Origin: Anthoceros angustus
Lineage: Eukaryota > Plantae > Anthocerotophyta
Assembly: GCA_010909165.1 (NCBI GenBank)
Contig: VJWM01000238.1
Span: 124,001 to 188,000, forward strand
Direction of reading: 5' to 3'
DNA length: 64,000 nucleotides
Part shown: piece after piece, positions 49,801-62,895 of the stretch
Position numbering within the stretch: position 1 is the stretch's first letter
Layout of the letters: every line of letters begins with the position of its first letter
Notes under the pieces: generated by a model
The model's input: only the letters and a program-made list of their open reading frames with translations
Database searches by the model: none
What the model was told of the DNA's origin: nothing
Position numbers and translations under genes: made by a program

Positions 49801-52680
49801 TGTGCGGTATAAACATCATACATTACCATTCCCCAATGCAGCCCCCTAGACAACCTCCGGATGAAATATAGCTGCGCATCACTAAGATATGTCTTCCGTT
49901 GCACACCACCAATCCAAGGAGAATCTTAGCAAATGTTCTCCATTTCTCTTCCTTGAGTTCTTGATTGCACCAACCACCTTTCTCCCTAGACTTATGCAGC
50001 GTTGTAACATGTCCATAGCTTTCTCAAGTAGCTCATGACACTTCCGATTCTCCTTTTCTCTTCCCCTTCTCCTCAACCTTCCTTTCAAGCTCCATAATCG
50101 CAATCCCTCACAGCCTCCTCATTTGGTCTTCCATATACACCGGATGTGTTGCCCAGACCTGGATCGTCCTTGCATCCCTATTTTCCAGTCCTCCGGTTCT
50201 GGCATAGTGAAGTTTATGAAGCACTCCTCTATCATCTCCAAGCTGACATAGGCCCAGTGGCGGCCATACACCCATTGCAATTGCACGTTGGGTTCTCCAG
50301 CAAACTGTCTGAATGCTACCAAGTGCCTAGCCTCCACCTGTGCAGGGAAGCAATTAAATTCAGGCATCTGTACCTCTTCTCCTGGCTCCCTAGCAACCAA
50401 TTTGCCCTTCTTAGGTGCGGCGCTTTCACCATCTTGCACCTTCAAAATAACTACACAGACAATACAAGCTTGGGCACGCCCATGCTCGTTTCCACCTAGT
50501 TGCCACCTCGGTGCCTACACACAATTGTGAGATTTCTTCACTCGCCACACAAGATCCACCAAGTGAGCAACTTCACCCCTTCTCCACTTACTTCCTCTTC
50601 ACTCCACAGTCCCACCTAGCTCAAACTTGGTGTCCTCACAACATACACCTCCACGCCCAAATCCCTCACTTGCAAGGTCCTAGGACACAAAAACAGCGCC
50701 TTGCTCTCTCACCGTGCTTCAAATCCCTTCACACACAACTCCTTATGCACGCACACCTCCTTCTCCTTGCACACACACGGCCCGGCGTTCCCACCAAGTC
50801 CTTGCTCTAGCTTTCCTGCATGCACAAGCTCTTCCTGCGATTCCTCGGACTTCCTAGGTGCCACTCCCTACACACCCCGCTTGCATGGCCACAACTACAC
50901 TACCTACCCCACATATTTATGTGCTATTATTCCTAATATATCCTATTTATCCACAACCTTGCCTATGCAGCCCTCTTTTTAACAACTTCCTAGGGTTGCA
51001 CTTATCTGAAAAGCTTGCTTCCCAAGTATCCAAGTAGGTGTCGCCCCACTGCTGCCCACATAGGGAGACCTCACCACTCCCTCATAGGGAGAGACACTCT
51101 CATCCTACCTATCTACCTACCTAACTAATGCCAGTTAGGTCCCAGGGAGTCCATGCTACCCTACATCACCCATGGCCACCCCGGTCACCCTACCGCTACT
51201 TCACCCACGTCCTACTTATGGACCCATATCTAGGTCACCTTTGTCACCCCACGCCTACCATGTAGGGTCACCACACCCTACGCCCTTTGACACCCTCGCG
51301 CCCTATCACCCTACATCTACCCCTGTAGGATGCACCTCCCCTACGGTAGGGAGTGCCATGCCCACGCCCACTACCACCACCCCACACCTCCTTCGTGCAC
51401 CACTCAAACCCTCTCCCAATTAGCTCTCATGTGACTTCGCAAATATAACAAGCTGAAACACCCCACACAAAAGGTGCCCCATCCCGGTCGATCCACCCCT
51501 AGGACGCTTAACTCTGAGTTCTTACATTCCATTGTCCAACACACCCAATTGGCTTGTGCATAACACTCATCAAGAATAAAATGATTATTCCCTGGTGAAC
51601 TCCTCACGCCTCAACAACATCTCGTATCAACCCTCCTTGCTACCATTTCTCCTCGCGCCACCACAACGGCCTCCCTTCACTTTGACTTGCAGCCCCACCG
51701 CAAATTCCGCCATGATGCACACCCGTTGTGATCCTTCACCATGTTGCCCCCACGCACCGCCTTCCTATGGTTTGGCCACACCTCCATCTTGCAGCCCAGC
51801 TACAAATTCAGCCCCGCTGAGTGCTCTACCACGGCCTTTCCTAGTTCAACACACGCCATCCTCACATCGTGACTCCATTGAGAGCACTTCCATGTGCCTC
51901 GACCGCCATGGCCTCCTCTTGCAACCCTTGTGGCTGCTCACCCTCAACATGAGCTCCTCGCTCCCATCCTTGCACCAATTGCTGCTCCTCTCTCGCATGC
52001 CGAGCTCCCAACCTAGAGCCCGCAGATCCCACAATTCCACCATTACTGCACTTGGCCCATCTTCCCGCAGCAACCCTTGCCACACATCTCTACCTAGCAG
52101 CCTCCCATCGCAAAATCTCAGCAATATGAGCACCGCCCATGTCTCACTTCTTCCACACATGTGGCAAATTACTTTCCCCTCAAACTTGGTGGTGGTCCCC
52201 AATAATCAGGCCTTTGCCTCGCAAGCATCATAGCTACTTGTGCAAAGAACCTCAAGCTACTTCCTTGGCTTAATTGCCTTCACCCTTTTCCCACCGTGGT
52301 AGGAGCTCCCACGCCGGTAGGTCATCAAAACTAGCTAGGCCGCCACCCACAGCAGGACATTCTCCTACCCATACCTACGGTAGGAGTTCTCCACTTAGCC
52401 TACCGTGGTAGGAGTTTCTCACGGTGGTAGGATACCTCCCACCACGGTAGGACATCTCCCACCGCTCACATATGTCTCCTACCCTCCTCACTAGAAGGTC
52501 ATTTCGATCCGCTTTTCCCTAAGTATCCTCTCCGCCTTCCGACAAAGATCCCACAGCTTCAATCGAAAAAACATTTCTCGCATGTTTCCACCAAACCATT
52601 TCTATCAAAAGCATTCGGACTGCTTCAAAACAACTCACTTAAACCAGCTTGCCCAAACTTTTGCGTTCCACACAAAGGCT
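46811..52680 (+). mobile_element. Degenerate Gypsy-like element nested in the Copia B leader: integrase C-terminus (47339-47674), antisense accessory ORF, 3' tandem repeats; boundaries approximate
   Basis: RTIHKGAIVW..KVKDLEDG..KLLLYRE resembles a Gypsy integrase tail. TGTGACG at 46811. ~20-bp CCTACCGTGGTAGGAG repeats at 52290-52470. Confidence 0.5.
48100..50445 (-). pseudogene. Antisense accessory ORF (N-terminal domain plus coiled coil), frameshifted
   Basis: APKKGK..VYGRHWAYVSLEMIEECFINF, followed by a heptad-rich segment at 48499-48789. Confidence 0.55.
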
Positions 52681-53489
52681 TGGCGAGTTGTTTTTGAGTC
52701 ACGTAATTCTCCTCTTAATGTCGGTAGAGTCGAGGATAGGAGGAGCACGGCTGCACATCGTGATGAGAAAATTCGGTGTTAGAAGACGATCGTGAAACAA
52801 GGCTATATATTTCCAGCCTCGTGCAAAATTTGGGCGAGGTTTTAGTCAAGTAAAGGCAATTTTAATTGCAATCCAAAGATTACACAACAATTGGAGCATT
52901 GTTTCGGCAATCGCATTCACCGTCGATGACCACATCATTGGAGCAAATGACCCGCTGATGTTCGGGAAGCGTGATTCGCGCTCGTCATCAAGGGCTGACG
53001 CCGAACACGGCCCGCTACCTTTAGAGGATTGGACTCGGTCGCTGACCGCTGGATTTGCCTTTGACAAGGATGCGGCGCCACCGCTACACCTCAAGGGAGG
53101 CGGAGGCGGCCTAGTTTGCATCGGCCCGTCGGGTGGGCGCCCATCGCAGTGCGGGCATCGGCCCGGGCGGCGGCGGTCTGCGGCACGATCTCAACCGCCG
53201 TGGTCATCGGATATGACGGTTGGTCCACTATATCCGTCACCAAAAGCCACATTTGAATAGGCATATTGCCCTAAAATAACGTTTGAATCATGTAAGTTTT
53301 TTGAACCTGCTAACCAGCGTCATCGGCATGCTACTTACGTTTCATGCCTTCTTTGGGAATAGTCGATAGGTGAGGTAGATGAGCCGTCGGATGAGAGGAG
53401 GACTTTCTACATTCCCTTGCATCGCAGTTCCGGTCTTTGTTCTCTCGCGGCATTTCTGAATCAACCACCCCGTTACCACAACCCATTAA

Positions 53490-56400
53490 CAATATGGGTA
53501 CTAGCGTAGAATTGGTTCTACTTACGGAGAATTTAAAGAAAAGGATCGGTTTGGTGAAACCCGCCGATTGAAGCTGGAAAGCTAGGATGAAAGCTCATCT
53601 GAGCATGCGTGATGTGTGGGAGTATGTGGATGGTTCGATCCCAAATCCCAACCTTGTCCTGGCCAGCTGACAGAACCCACGGTGATGAGATAGCAAGTGG
53701 AACAAAGGGAATAAAGTGGCATTTGCCATACTCGAGTGGGTTGGATGAGACACTTGATCCACAGTAAGTGTTCTTGAGACGGAATGCTGGAACGATTAGT
53801 TGACACTTACGAGTCAAAAATGTCCGCACTTGATTCATGTTGAGAACAATTCCATAGTACGAGGATGAAGGAGGGATCCTGTTGGAACCTATGTCACGTT
53901 GAGGTACCTCACACTGTCCGCGATGGGGAGCCAAGGCGACTAATGTGGAGATGGTTGCTCAGCTGACTACTTGCCTCCATCCTATCGGAGACTTTTATCT
54001 CGTGAGATGGCAATGCTTCCTTGCGTGCTGCCTACCAAGCGTGGAAGGCAACGCCACTCTTGGACTTGAATGAAGTCATTGGAGCGCTCTGCAAGAGGAG
54101 CAAAGGCGGAGACATAAATCAAGTGGCACTGCTCGAGGCGAAGGTCTGTTTGTGAAAGGCAAAAGGACCTTGGAAGGGGAAAGGAAAGAAGGATATCTCA
54201 CCTCAAACTGGCATTCCTCGCTGCCGCCGAAAAGACAAAATGCGCACGTGCCAAGTGCCAGTCATCGAACGTGTTGCCCGCAAAAGAAAGTCCGAGGCCA
54301 AGAAGGAGAGCAAGCACGAGGCTCATGTCACATCCAATGTGAAGATCAATTCTTCAAACCCCAGAAACCCAAGAGCGGCGCTCAGTAGCTTGATTTGACG
54401 CCTTGTGGAAACTTCATCCTCTGGTTTTGTTGATTCGGTGCCGCATATCAGACATAACTCAACCGTCATTTATTCTCCACCACACAGCAGAGGTCACCAC
54501 AATCAGTTTTATGTTGGGGACTCTGAGGTGTAAGTTAAGGGCTGGAGATGTTGTCATACCTTTGCTAGGGAGGTGCGTTCTTGTACTTGGAAGATGTCCT
54601 GTCACACTGATATGAGCAAAACCTGCTGAGCATTAGGGCTGGCACAAAGTCACAGATGGCTTCCGCTTTGAGGATAGGAAATGTTACATTTATGAGCTTA
54701 GTAACCCACTATGTAGCTAAGGCCATACACAATGATCCGTCATCAGCTAGTCAGCGTTACCAAGTCTAGAGCTAGGGGCTTTAGTTGCATCATATGCACA
54801 AGCTAATCTCGCATGCAAGGTTGGGTCATGTCAATGTCAAGTGAGCGTCATGGCCAATTCAGATTTGTATAGGAGAAATTACCTTCTGTTCAAGCTTTTA
54901 GAGTCTTGGCACTCCACATCATCCAAGCGTAAGAGCTACCATTTAAGAACAAGACACCCTAATCGTACAAGGCCTTGCTTGCCTTGATACATGCTGATAT
55001 TGGAAAAATTCAGTCAAGTCGTTAGGAGTCTTGAATACTATCTAACATTGATGACGATTTTTTTCACGATACACATGGACATTTCCCATCAAACATAAGA
55101 GTGATGTATGATTAGATTGCTTCTGATCCCTATGGTAACGCTAGAGCCATTTGGTGAAGTGTTTGGGTGATAACGGAGGAGAATTCAGGCCGGAAGTTTG
55201 ATGATCTCTTCAGCTTTGGAATTATTCGCCAACTCTCGTGCCTCACACGCCAGCAGCAAAACGGGGTTCTTGAGAGAAAACCAGACACTTATGGAATGAC
55301 TAGATGCATGTTATCATCGTGGGTCTGCATAAAAGCTATTGGCGTGTTGATGTGACAACTTACTGTTGAATGCAGTAGTCACGCACTGCTGAAAGACACT
55401 TTATGAAGCTTTACGGGAAGGCCAAGCTTGTCACATCTCAAGGTCTTTGGATCACCAGCTTTGCATTCATACAAGCAAAGCGCAAGAAGTTAGATGCAGG
55501 GCTAAACAATTGGTGTTTGTTGGATACTAGGGAGTCAAAGGCCTACAAACTGCTTTGATCCAACAACATCAAAATAACTTTCTGTCTAGAAGTGCAACTT
55601 TCAAGGAGCTTGTCTTCCCACAGAGATGATGTGGGAGCTCTGGGGCTCTTTTCGTTCCAATTCACTAGTGGACGAGCAATCTCTAGCCCCAGATCCATTA
55701 TCCTCGTCGATGGAAGTCACCAGAACACATGATCAAGCATTGTGGATGAGTTGATAAATCCTCGCCCGGCTACACCGGCCTCTTCCTCGAACCCTAATCT
55801 ACAGGCTTGATGATGAGCTTCCAGCTAATGTAGATCCTCCGAACTTGAGGACAGAAGATGAACATCTTGCGAGATCGCTACCTCGAATCGGACTGATGCG
55901 ATCTTGCAAGTGTCATAGTGACGCCGGTTCTCTTGGTTTGGAAGACTCTTATAAATTTAGATCATACGGATGAAGAGGGCACCTCTCACCCTGCGTGGGG
56001 ATACCTCGGTATCTGTCCGTGAACGCCGTCCACGGCGGTGGCGGAACCTCCGCGATCGCATAATTAGCTCATGTGAGACATACATGTGCACGAAGTTAGG
56101 CACGATCCTCGAGTTACAAAGAGGCACTTGAAGGGCGACGATGGTAAACATTGGAGGATTTCGATTGATGATGAGTATAGCTTGTTGGTGAAGAACAACA
56201 CCTGGGAACTCGCAGACTTGCCCCCTGGCCGGAAACCTATCACATGTAAGTGGGTTTTCAAAACTAAATCAAGGCGATGGTACAATTGTATAAATCCATT
56301 AGTAGCTTGGGGTTTCTCGATACGGAATCGATTATGGAGACACTTTTTCGCCGCTTGTCAAACCGCCTGCTCGGATTTTGCTGCCATGGTCTGCTCACTT

Positions 56401-58181
56401 TGATCTCGAACTCCACGGATGGATGTTTGCACGGCCTTTCTTCACGGGAACTCGAGGAGGTCTTATATATGGACCAACTGAAGGATTTGTTGATAAGCAA
56501 TTTCTAATAAAGTCTAGTGTTGAAAACCTTATATGGGTTTAAGCAGAGCCCTCGTGCCTGGTACAAGAGGATTATGAAGTTCCTCAAAAAGCATGGCTTT
56601 GTTCAATCACCAGCAGACTCTAATGTTTTTTACCTCGATTCTGATGGGCTGTTTGTCATCCTTGCGCTTCATGTAGATGATGCAATTTTGTTGAGCAATC
56701 ACCCTAAGCAGCTTTGACCAAGTGAAAGCCTTCTTAGGTCTGAATTAAGGGGCCGCTTGCCTTCTGTCTCGGCATACAGATCCTACGGGACAGGTCACAC
56801 GGCACCATCATTGTACATCAGACCAAATACATAAAAGAAATCCTTAAGAGGTTTAATCTGGATTCTGCAAAGCCTGTTTCAACACCTACAGTAGTGGGGG
56901 AAAAGCTTACCTCGGACCAGTCACCACAGGATGATGTTGATGAGGCTATGATGACTGGAGTTCCGTACGCTGAGGCTGTAGGCTGTTTAATTTTTCTGGC
57001 CAATTCGACACGCCCTGACATCAGCTACTCTGTTAGTGTTGTGTCGCAATTCTTGAAGGCACCTGGTAAAGCACACTGGGTGCTGTTAAACGAATATATC
57101 GCTACCTTTGAGGGTCAATACAATATGGCCTACACTACACCAGGACTAGCAAGAGGGAGTTTGACTTATCTGCATTTGCTGATGCCGATTGGGCATCTGA
57201 TGTGGATACTAGGAAAAGTCTGTCCGCTCATGTTTTCTTGCTGGCACAAGGTGCCATTAACTGGTCTTGTAAGAAGCAGTCTTCTCTTACACTGTCCTCG
57301 ACCGAAGCCGAGTACAAGGCCCTGACGGATGCGTGTAAGGAGTTAGAATGGGAACGGCAATTTCTTGATGCTGTTCACTTACCACAGAAGGGGCCAACTT
57401 TGCTGCTCTGTGACAATATGTCAGCTATTGCCTTGGTGTCTAACCCCCGCTTCCATGCAAGAACCAAGCATGTTAAGTTGTACCATCATTACATTCGAGA
57501 TGTGGCTGAAAGGGGCATAGGCAAAGTCGAGTATGTCAGTACTAAAGATAATGTTGCTGACATTCTTACAAAGGGCTTAAGTAAGCCAAAGCACTACAAG
57601 CACCTTGCAGCCTTGGGGCTGAGGGTGTTCTCTTTGCCTACTGCAACCTAGGAATTCACCAACCTATGGCAGCAGGCATTACAGCTGACAGGAATAGTGG
57701 CATGTCCTCGCAGGGATTGCTTTACAGTCCAAGTTGCTGGCACTCTCGTGGATAGGCATGTCCCTACGCTGCTCCTGTGCTGCATATAGGTTAAGGAAAC
57801 CACATGGCACTTAGTGGTACTCTTCAAAGCTGTGCAGCCCTTTCACCTGCACGTGTAAACAGGATCACTCAGTGGATGAAGCTAACAGTACAAATCCAGA
57901 CGTGAGCTGATCCTGCATCGACTCTTAATACAAATAGTGACTTTGAGTTGCTTACCATGCTGTGAAGGAGGGTAGGGGTTTTATGTTGGCCCCACACTAG
58001 GCTCGTTATCTCCAAGTGTGCTCACGAAGCCCATTTCCTCCAGCTCCTTGACCATCTTCTGAATCTCAGGAACTGTAAGTGGAAACATGCGGGGCACGCG
58101 AGGAGGGATTCTGCCTATCGGGTCTTCTAGCTCAATTGACCTCAATTTTGGGCACGCTGGGTCGAGCTCCTCCATCTTCTT
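53490..58181 (+). mobile_element. Copia B gag-pol (heavily frameshifted) with 3' region, truncated before the 3' LTR
   Basis: WKARMKAHLSMRDVWEYVDGS (gag); integrase remnants at 54800-55600; RT from 56090; intact RNase H AINWSCKKQ..SSTEAEY..LLCDNMSAI..RTKHV..DNVADILTKGL. Confidence 0.85.
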
Positions 58182-61100
58182 AAAACGAAAAACACTCAAA
58201 GCCTTTTCAACAACTTTGTCTTGAAGCGAAGATCTCAATGGGCTCAATTTGGAGCAAAGCTAGGATTTATCAAAGTGCTATAGAAATAAGACTTATTTAT
58301 ATGTTTGTCATGTGGATGATCGTCTTGCGCATCATAGGCGCATGCATATGGAGATGGAATTGTAAGCAAGAATCGTCGGACGAATGCAAGCACATAAAGG
58401 AGGAGTAAACTAGCAATTTTGGAGGTGTTCTAAAATTTTGGAAACAACCTTAAAACTGAATTTAGTTCTAGACAAACCCAATTGATAGAATTATAAATCT
58501 TGTTAGAGATGTAACTCCCCATTTAAATCATATGAATAAATTGGACGTGGAAGTATATAAGACACAATTTTGTTCGTTGAATTTAGTTCTAGACAAACCC
58601 AATTGATAGAATTATAAATCTTGTTAGAGATGTAACTCCCCATTTAAATCATATGAATAAATTGGACGTGGAAGTATTCTTGAGTGGGTACTTGCCTAAC
58701 GCAAGATGATCCATTGAGTAGGGATCACTAAACAAGACATACGCCGTGCCAAGCGTTGAGAGACGCCTCGTGGTGGTCGCTAACTCGAGAGTTGCAAAGC
58801 TCTCGGCCAAGTCTCTATGCGAGTAGCAAAAGAGGTCGCAACCGTGGTTTCCTTGAGGCCTTGGATGGACTCGGGGTGGTCCCCATCAAAGCGCGCTTGA
58901 TCCGGCCGCATGTAGCCATAGGCGTGTGGATAGAGTCGTGTGCACGCCCTATAGCGGTCTATGGGAAAAGCTTGCTTGAACGATCTTGGCCAAACGAGTT
59001 TGTACAAGGTGTACGGTCGTTGCAGGCCCTAGCGGTCCATGGGGCAAGCTTGCTTGAAAATATATCTTGGCCAAACGAGTCATGTCATTTAAAAAAAAAA
59101 AAGGATTCCATTGAATAAGCACTCACTCTCATAAAGGAGAAGTTTGCAAGCCATTGTCCCGAGGTCCCATAGTTTACATCGATTTAACGTTGTACTCAGA
59201 TTAGACCTCTTTCCAAAGTCTCGCTTATGTCCATTTACCTAAAGTTATGAACTATATCTTTCTTCTCCAAGTGGGGATGAGATATTTGCATGTAACATAA
59301 AAGAGCCTTAGTTTAAGGTTGGAAGGATATATAATGGACGTTGGAAAAGGGCAAAGCATGCAATGGTGGGTGGTCAAGGGTCGCACATGGTGGTGGGTTA
59401 CCTCACCCACGGGTGGTGTGCTATTTGATCTCACCATGTTCCTGACAAGCTTAAACCCCGAGCGAGTCCTCAAATGAGCAAAGCTATTGAGTAACGAACT
59501 AGAGAGGTGCTTATAGGTTGGCTTAGGAGGAGCTCATAAAAATAACAAATATGTGCTGCTGCCCTTGTATTGTCTTGCATACAAATATGATATGCAATAT
59601 GGTCCTACCCATTGCTTTATGTTGAGGTAAAGCTACAAGATTGTATAGAAGGTGAAGTCAGACGCTCACGGACATCAAGCTACCACATTGTCCAAAGCGT
59701 GAGCTTCATTGACTTGTTCATGCCTTCTTTGTTAGCACAAGGAGCCTCGGGAGCTTAGTATTGTATGCACAGGTCAAGCTAGGCGATGTGAGGCAAGTAT
59801 GACCAACATTGCTAGTCCACTCTTGTCTCTTCCGCTTGAACTACGGACAATGTGTTGCATAATTCCAATATACAACCAAACTTGACTCAGGGCCCACTAT
59901 TGCAAACTTCGCAGCTTGGTAGCAAGTTTTGGTGTGTTGAATCACCGAGGAGCCGAATTTGACCACCGCCACTACGAGGCATTTTCACGCTTGCATTCAT
60001 GATTCTTAAAGCTTAACATTTGAGAAAAGGCGTCACTCCAAAGTCCAAGGAATTCTTACTTAACCTTAACATTGGAGAAAAGTCATTTCAAAGTCCAAGG
60101 AATTCTTACTTAACCTTAACATTGGAGAAAAGTCATTTCAAAGTCCAAGGAATTGGAAACCTTAACATTGGAGAAAAGTTATTTCAAAGTCCAAGGAATC
60201 CTACACCTTATAAGTGTCTTTGAAGGAATGCTATGGTATTAACATCTCATACATCTTCTTAAAACGAAAAACACAAAGCCTTTTCAACAACTTTGTCTTG
60301 AAGCGAAGATCTCAATGGGCTCAATTTGGAGCAAAGCTAGGATTTATCAAAGTGCGGCTATAGAAATAAGACTTATTTATATGTTTGTCATGTGGATGAT
60401 CGTCTTGCATCATAGGCGCATGCATATGGAGATGGAATTGTAAGCAAGAATCGTCGGACGAATGCAAGCACATAAAGGAGGAGTAAACTAGCAATTTTGG
60501 AGGTGTTCTAAAATTTTGGAAACAACCTTAAAACTGAATTTAGTTCTAGACAAACCCAATTGATAGAATTGTAGAGCATAAATCTTGTTAGAGATGTAAC
60601 TCCCCATTTAAATCATATGAATAAATTGGACGTGGAAGTATTCTTGAGTGGGTACTTGCCTAAACGCAAGATGATCCATTGAGTAGGATCACTAAACAAG
60701 ACATACGCTACGTAAGCATTGAGAGACGCCTCCGTGGTGGTCGCTAACTCGAGAGTTGCAAAGCTCTCGGGGCCAAGTCTCTATGCGAGTAGCAAAAGAG
60801 GCTGCAACCAGGGTTTCCTTGAGGCGTAGCCTTGGATGGACTCGGGGTTGGTCCCCATCAAAGCGCGCGCTTGATCCGGGCTGCATGTAGCCATACGCTG
60901 TGTGGATAGAGTCGTGTGCACGCCCTATAGCGGTCTATGGGAAAAGCTTGCTTGAAACGATCTTGGCCAAACGAGTTTGTACAAGGTGTACGGTCGTTTG
61001 CAGGCCCTAGCGGTCCATGGGGCAAGCTTGCTTGAAAATATCTTGGCCAAACGAGTCATGTCATTTAAAAAAAAAAAAAAGGATTCCATTGAATAAGCAC

Positions 61101-61296
61101 TCACTCTCATAAAGGAGAAGTTTGCAAGCTGTTGCCATTGTCCCGAGGTCCCAGAGTTTACATCGATTTAACGTTGTACTCAGATTAGACCTCTTTCCAA
61201 AGTCTGCTTTATGTCCATTTACCTAAAGTTATGAACTATATCTTTCTTCTCCAAGTGGGGATGAGATATTTGCATGTAACATAAAAGAGCCTTAGT
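58173..61296. repeat. ~2.08-kb unit in 1.5 tandem copies (58173-59312 repeats at 60252-61296), with 3 x ~50-bp repeats at ~60040-60200
   Basis: Direct alignment by eye. Non-coding; origin unknown. Confidence 0.9.
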
Positions 61297-61465
61297 ACAA
61301 CTTGCTTTCCCCTGGAATCGCGCGTGAACGTTTTTAGGTAGCCATGCGATATTTTCGAGGCTTCAGCAGCTGTCGTGTTGTTTTCCTTCTCTCTGACTCA
61401 ATAATTGAAGCCTGCTTCAGTTAATCAGCCTGAAACGTTTCTTGAGGCTTCCTGCTCATTAGATT

Positions 61466-61858
61466 CTACAGTCCCAAGGCGACAGGCTTCGAAATTGCTT
61501 CCTTTCTCTTCTCTCGTCTCTTTGCAACTTTGCCTGAATCCTGCTTCACTTGGTCGGACTGCAAAGCCTCTTTCGACTTCTGCCCTACTGCATACTGCTG
61601 GAAGAAAACGGGCTCTTGGGTGAGCGTTTCTGCCGGCTTGGACGAATACCGCTTTCTCCGCTCAGCAACCTGAGCAGAGTCTTCCTGCACCTGGGCTGCC
61701 TGTTTTGCCTCTTTGGATTTGTTTGAGATTTGAGGGGTTTTCGCACTCCATACAACATCCTTCTGGATGTCATTCTGAGCAGCCCGGCGCCCTGCTACTC
61801 TGCCCGAGTCCTCCTGCACCTGGGCAGCCTGGTCGGCTTCCTTGGATCTTCCCTCCTG
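61466..61858 (-). CDS. Possible terminal exon encoding a charged protein with three SKEA..Q.Q.DS..VA.RR repeats
   Basis: AG acceptor candidate near 61859. Repeats SKEADQAAQVQEDSGRVAGRR, SKEAKQAAQVQEDSAQVAERR, SKEALQSDQVKQDSGKVAKRR. A possible upstream exon lies at ~62025-62204. Confidence 0.35.
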   Translation of the reverse strand, partial: QEGRSKEADQAAQVQEDSGRVAGRRAAQNDIQKDVVWSAKTPQISNKSKEAKQAAQVQEDSAQVAERRKRYSSKPAETLTQEPVFFQQYAVGQKSKEALQSDQVKQDSGKVAKRREKRKEAISKPVALGL

Positions 61859-62895
61859 CCGTGGTGACCAAGAATGCAGTGATCAGGCATAGTGGATCTT
61901 CATTTCTAATTATTGCACGATTTCAGGTTCACAACATAGAAGGTAGCAAGAATCGTGACTCACATCAGCTTGTGCTTCTCTGCCTGATAGGGTAACAAGA
62001 CCAAGGAGGAGAGCCCCTAGAGCACCTCGTCTTGACAAAGCAGAACCTTCGGAATCTGAACATGCTTGGCGGCTGCTATCCTGTAGAAGAAACTCACTGT
62101 CAAGAAGAATAATGTCACCCTGAGAATGAGCAGCGTAAAAGGCAGGTTCACCATTAGGAGTTCAGAGACGCCGTGCATTGTGCTGAATACATGATCCATT
62201 TTCTGAAAGAATGGCAGCCATGATATGATGCACACAGTAATTCTGTTATGTCTGCAGCATCATCACTTTGGACCATACCTGAGAAGTGGAGACACGTGAA
62301 TGCTTCTTGGACAGCCCCCCAAGCTGGCTTTCTGACCTGATCTTCACACTTTGCTGCTCTGCTTTGCAATGGGGGGAACCGTGGGCAGAGGAAGCAATAC
62401 AGAGAGCCGAAGCTGGAGCCACTTGTCGGATGACAGAAGCCATGGATGCCCCAAGTTGGATCTCGATTCACACCAGTTCTTGATCACAAGCACTCCCTTG
62501 AAACCCGTCCACAAACTCCTGCCAGCTGAGAAGTTGAACAATGCAGCACGTATAGATCCACAGCTGCTCAAGCAGCTCTTCAGCATTGCAAGAGAGATCA
62601 AAGTTCATTTTGATTGGCCCACTCAGAAACCGCAAAACATGAAAAGCAAAGTGGCATACATGCAGTGGCAGGCCAGACAAAGCTGGACACGCCAAGTGTC
62701 ACTTGCTGCTACGCTAATAGGTCACTAACAACTAAGACAAATAAGCAGCTCTCTAATCTGATCCCTACGTCACTAGAGGATTAGCACCTTCTTGAACATA
62801 GACAAAGTTCAGCTGAGGTACATGCAATCCGCAATGTAAAGGGGAGTTCCTTTCTTCCAACCCATCGTATTAAAGATTGCGGCATGACTGCGGCA

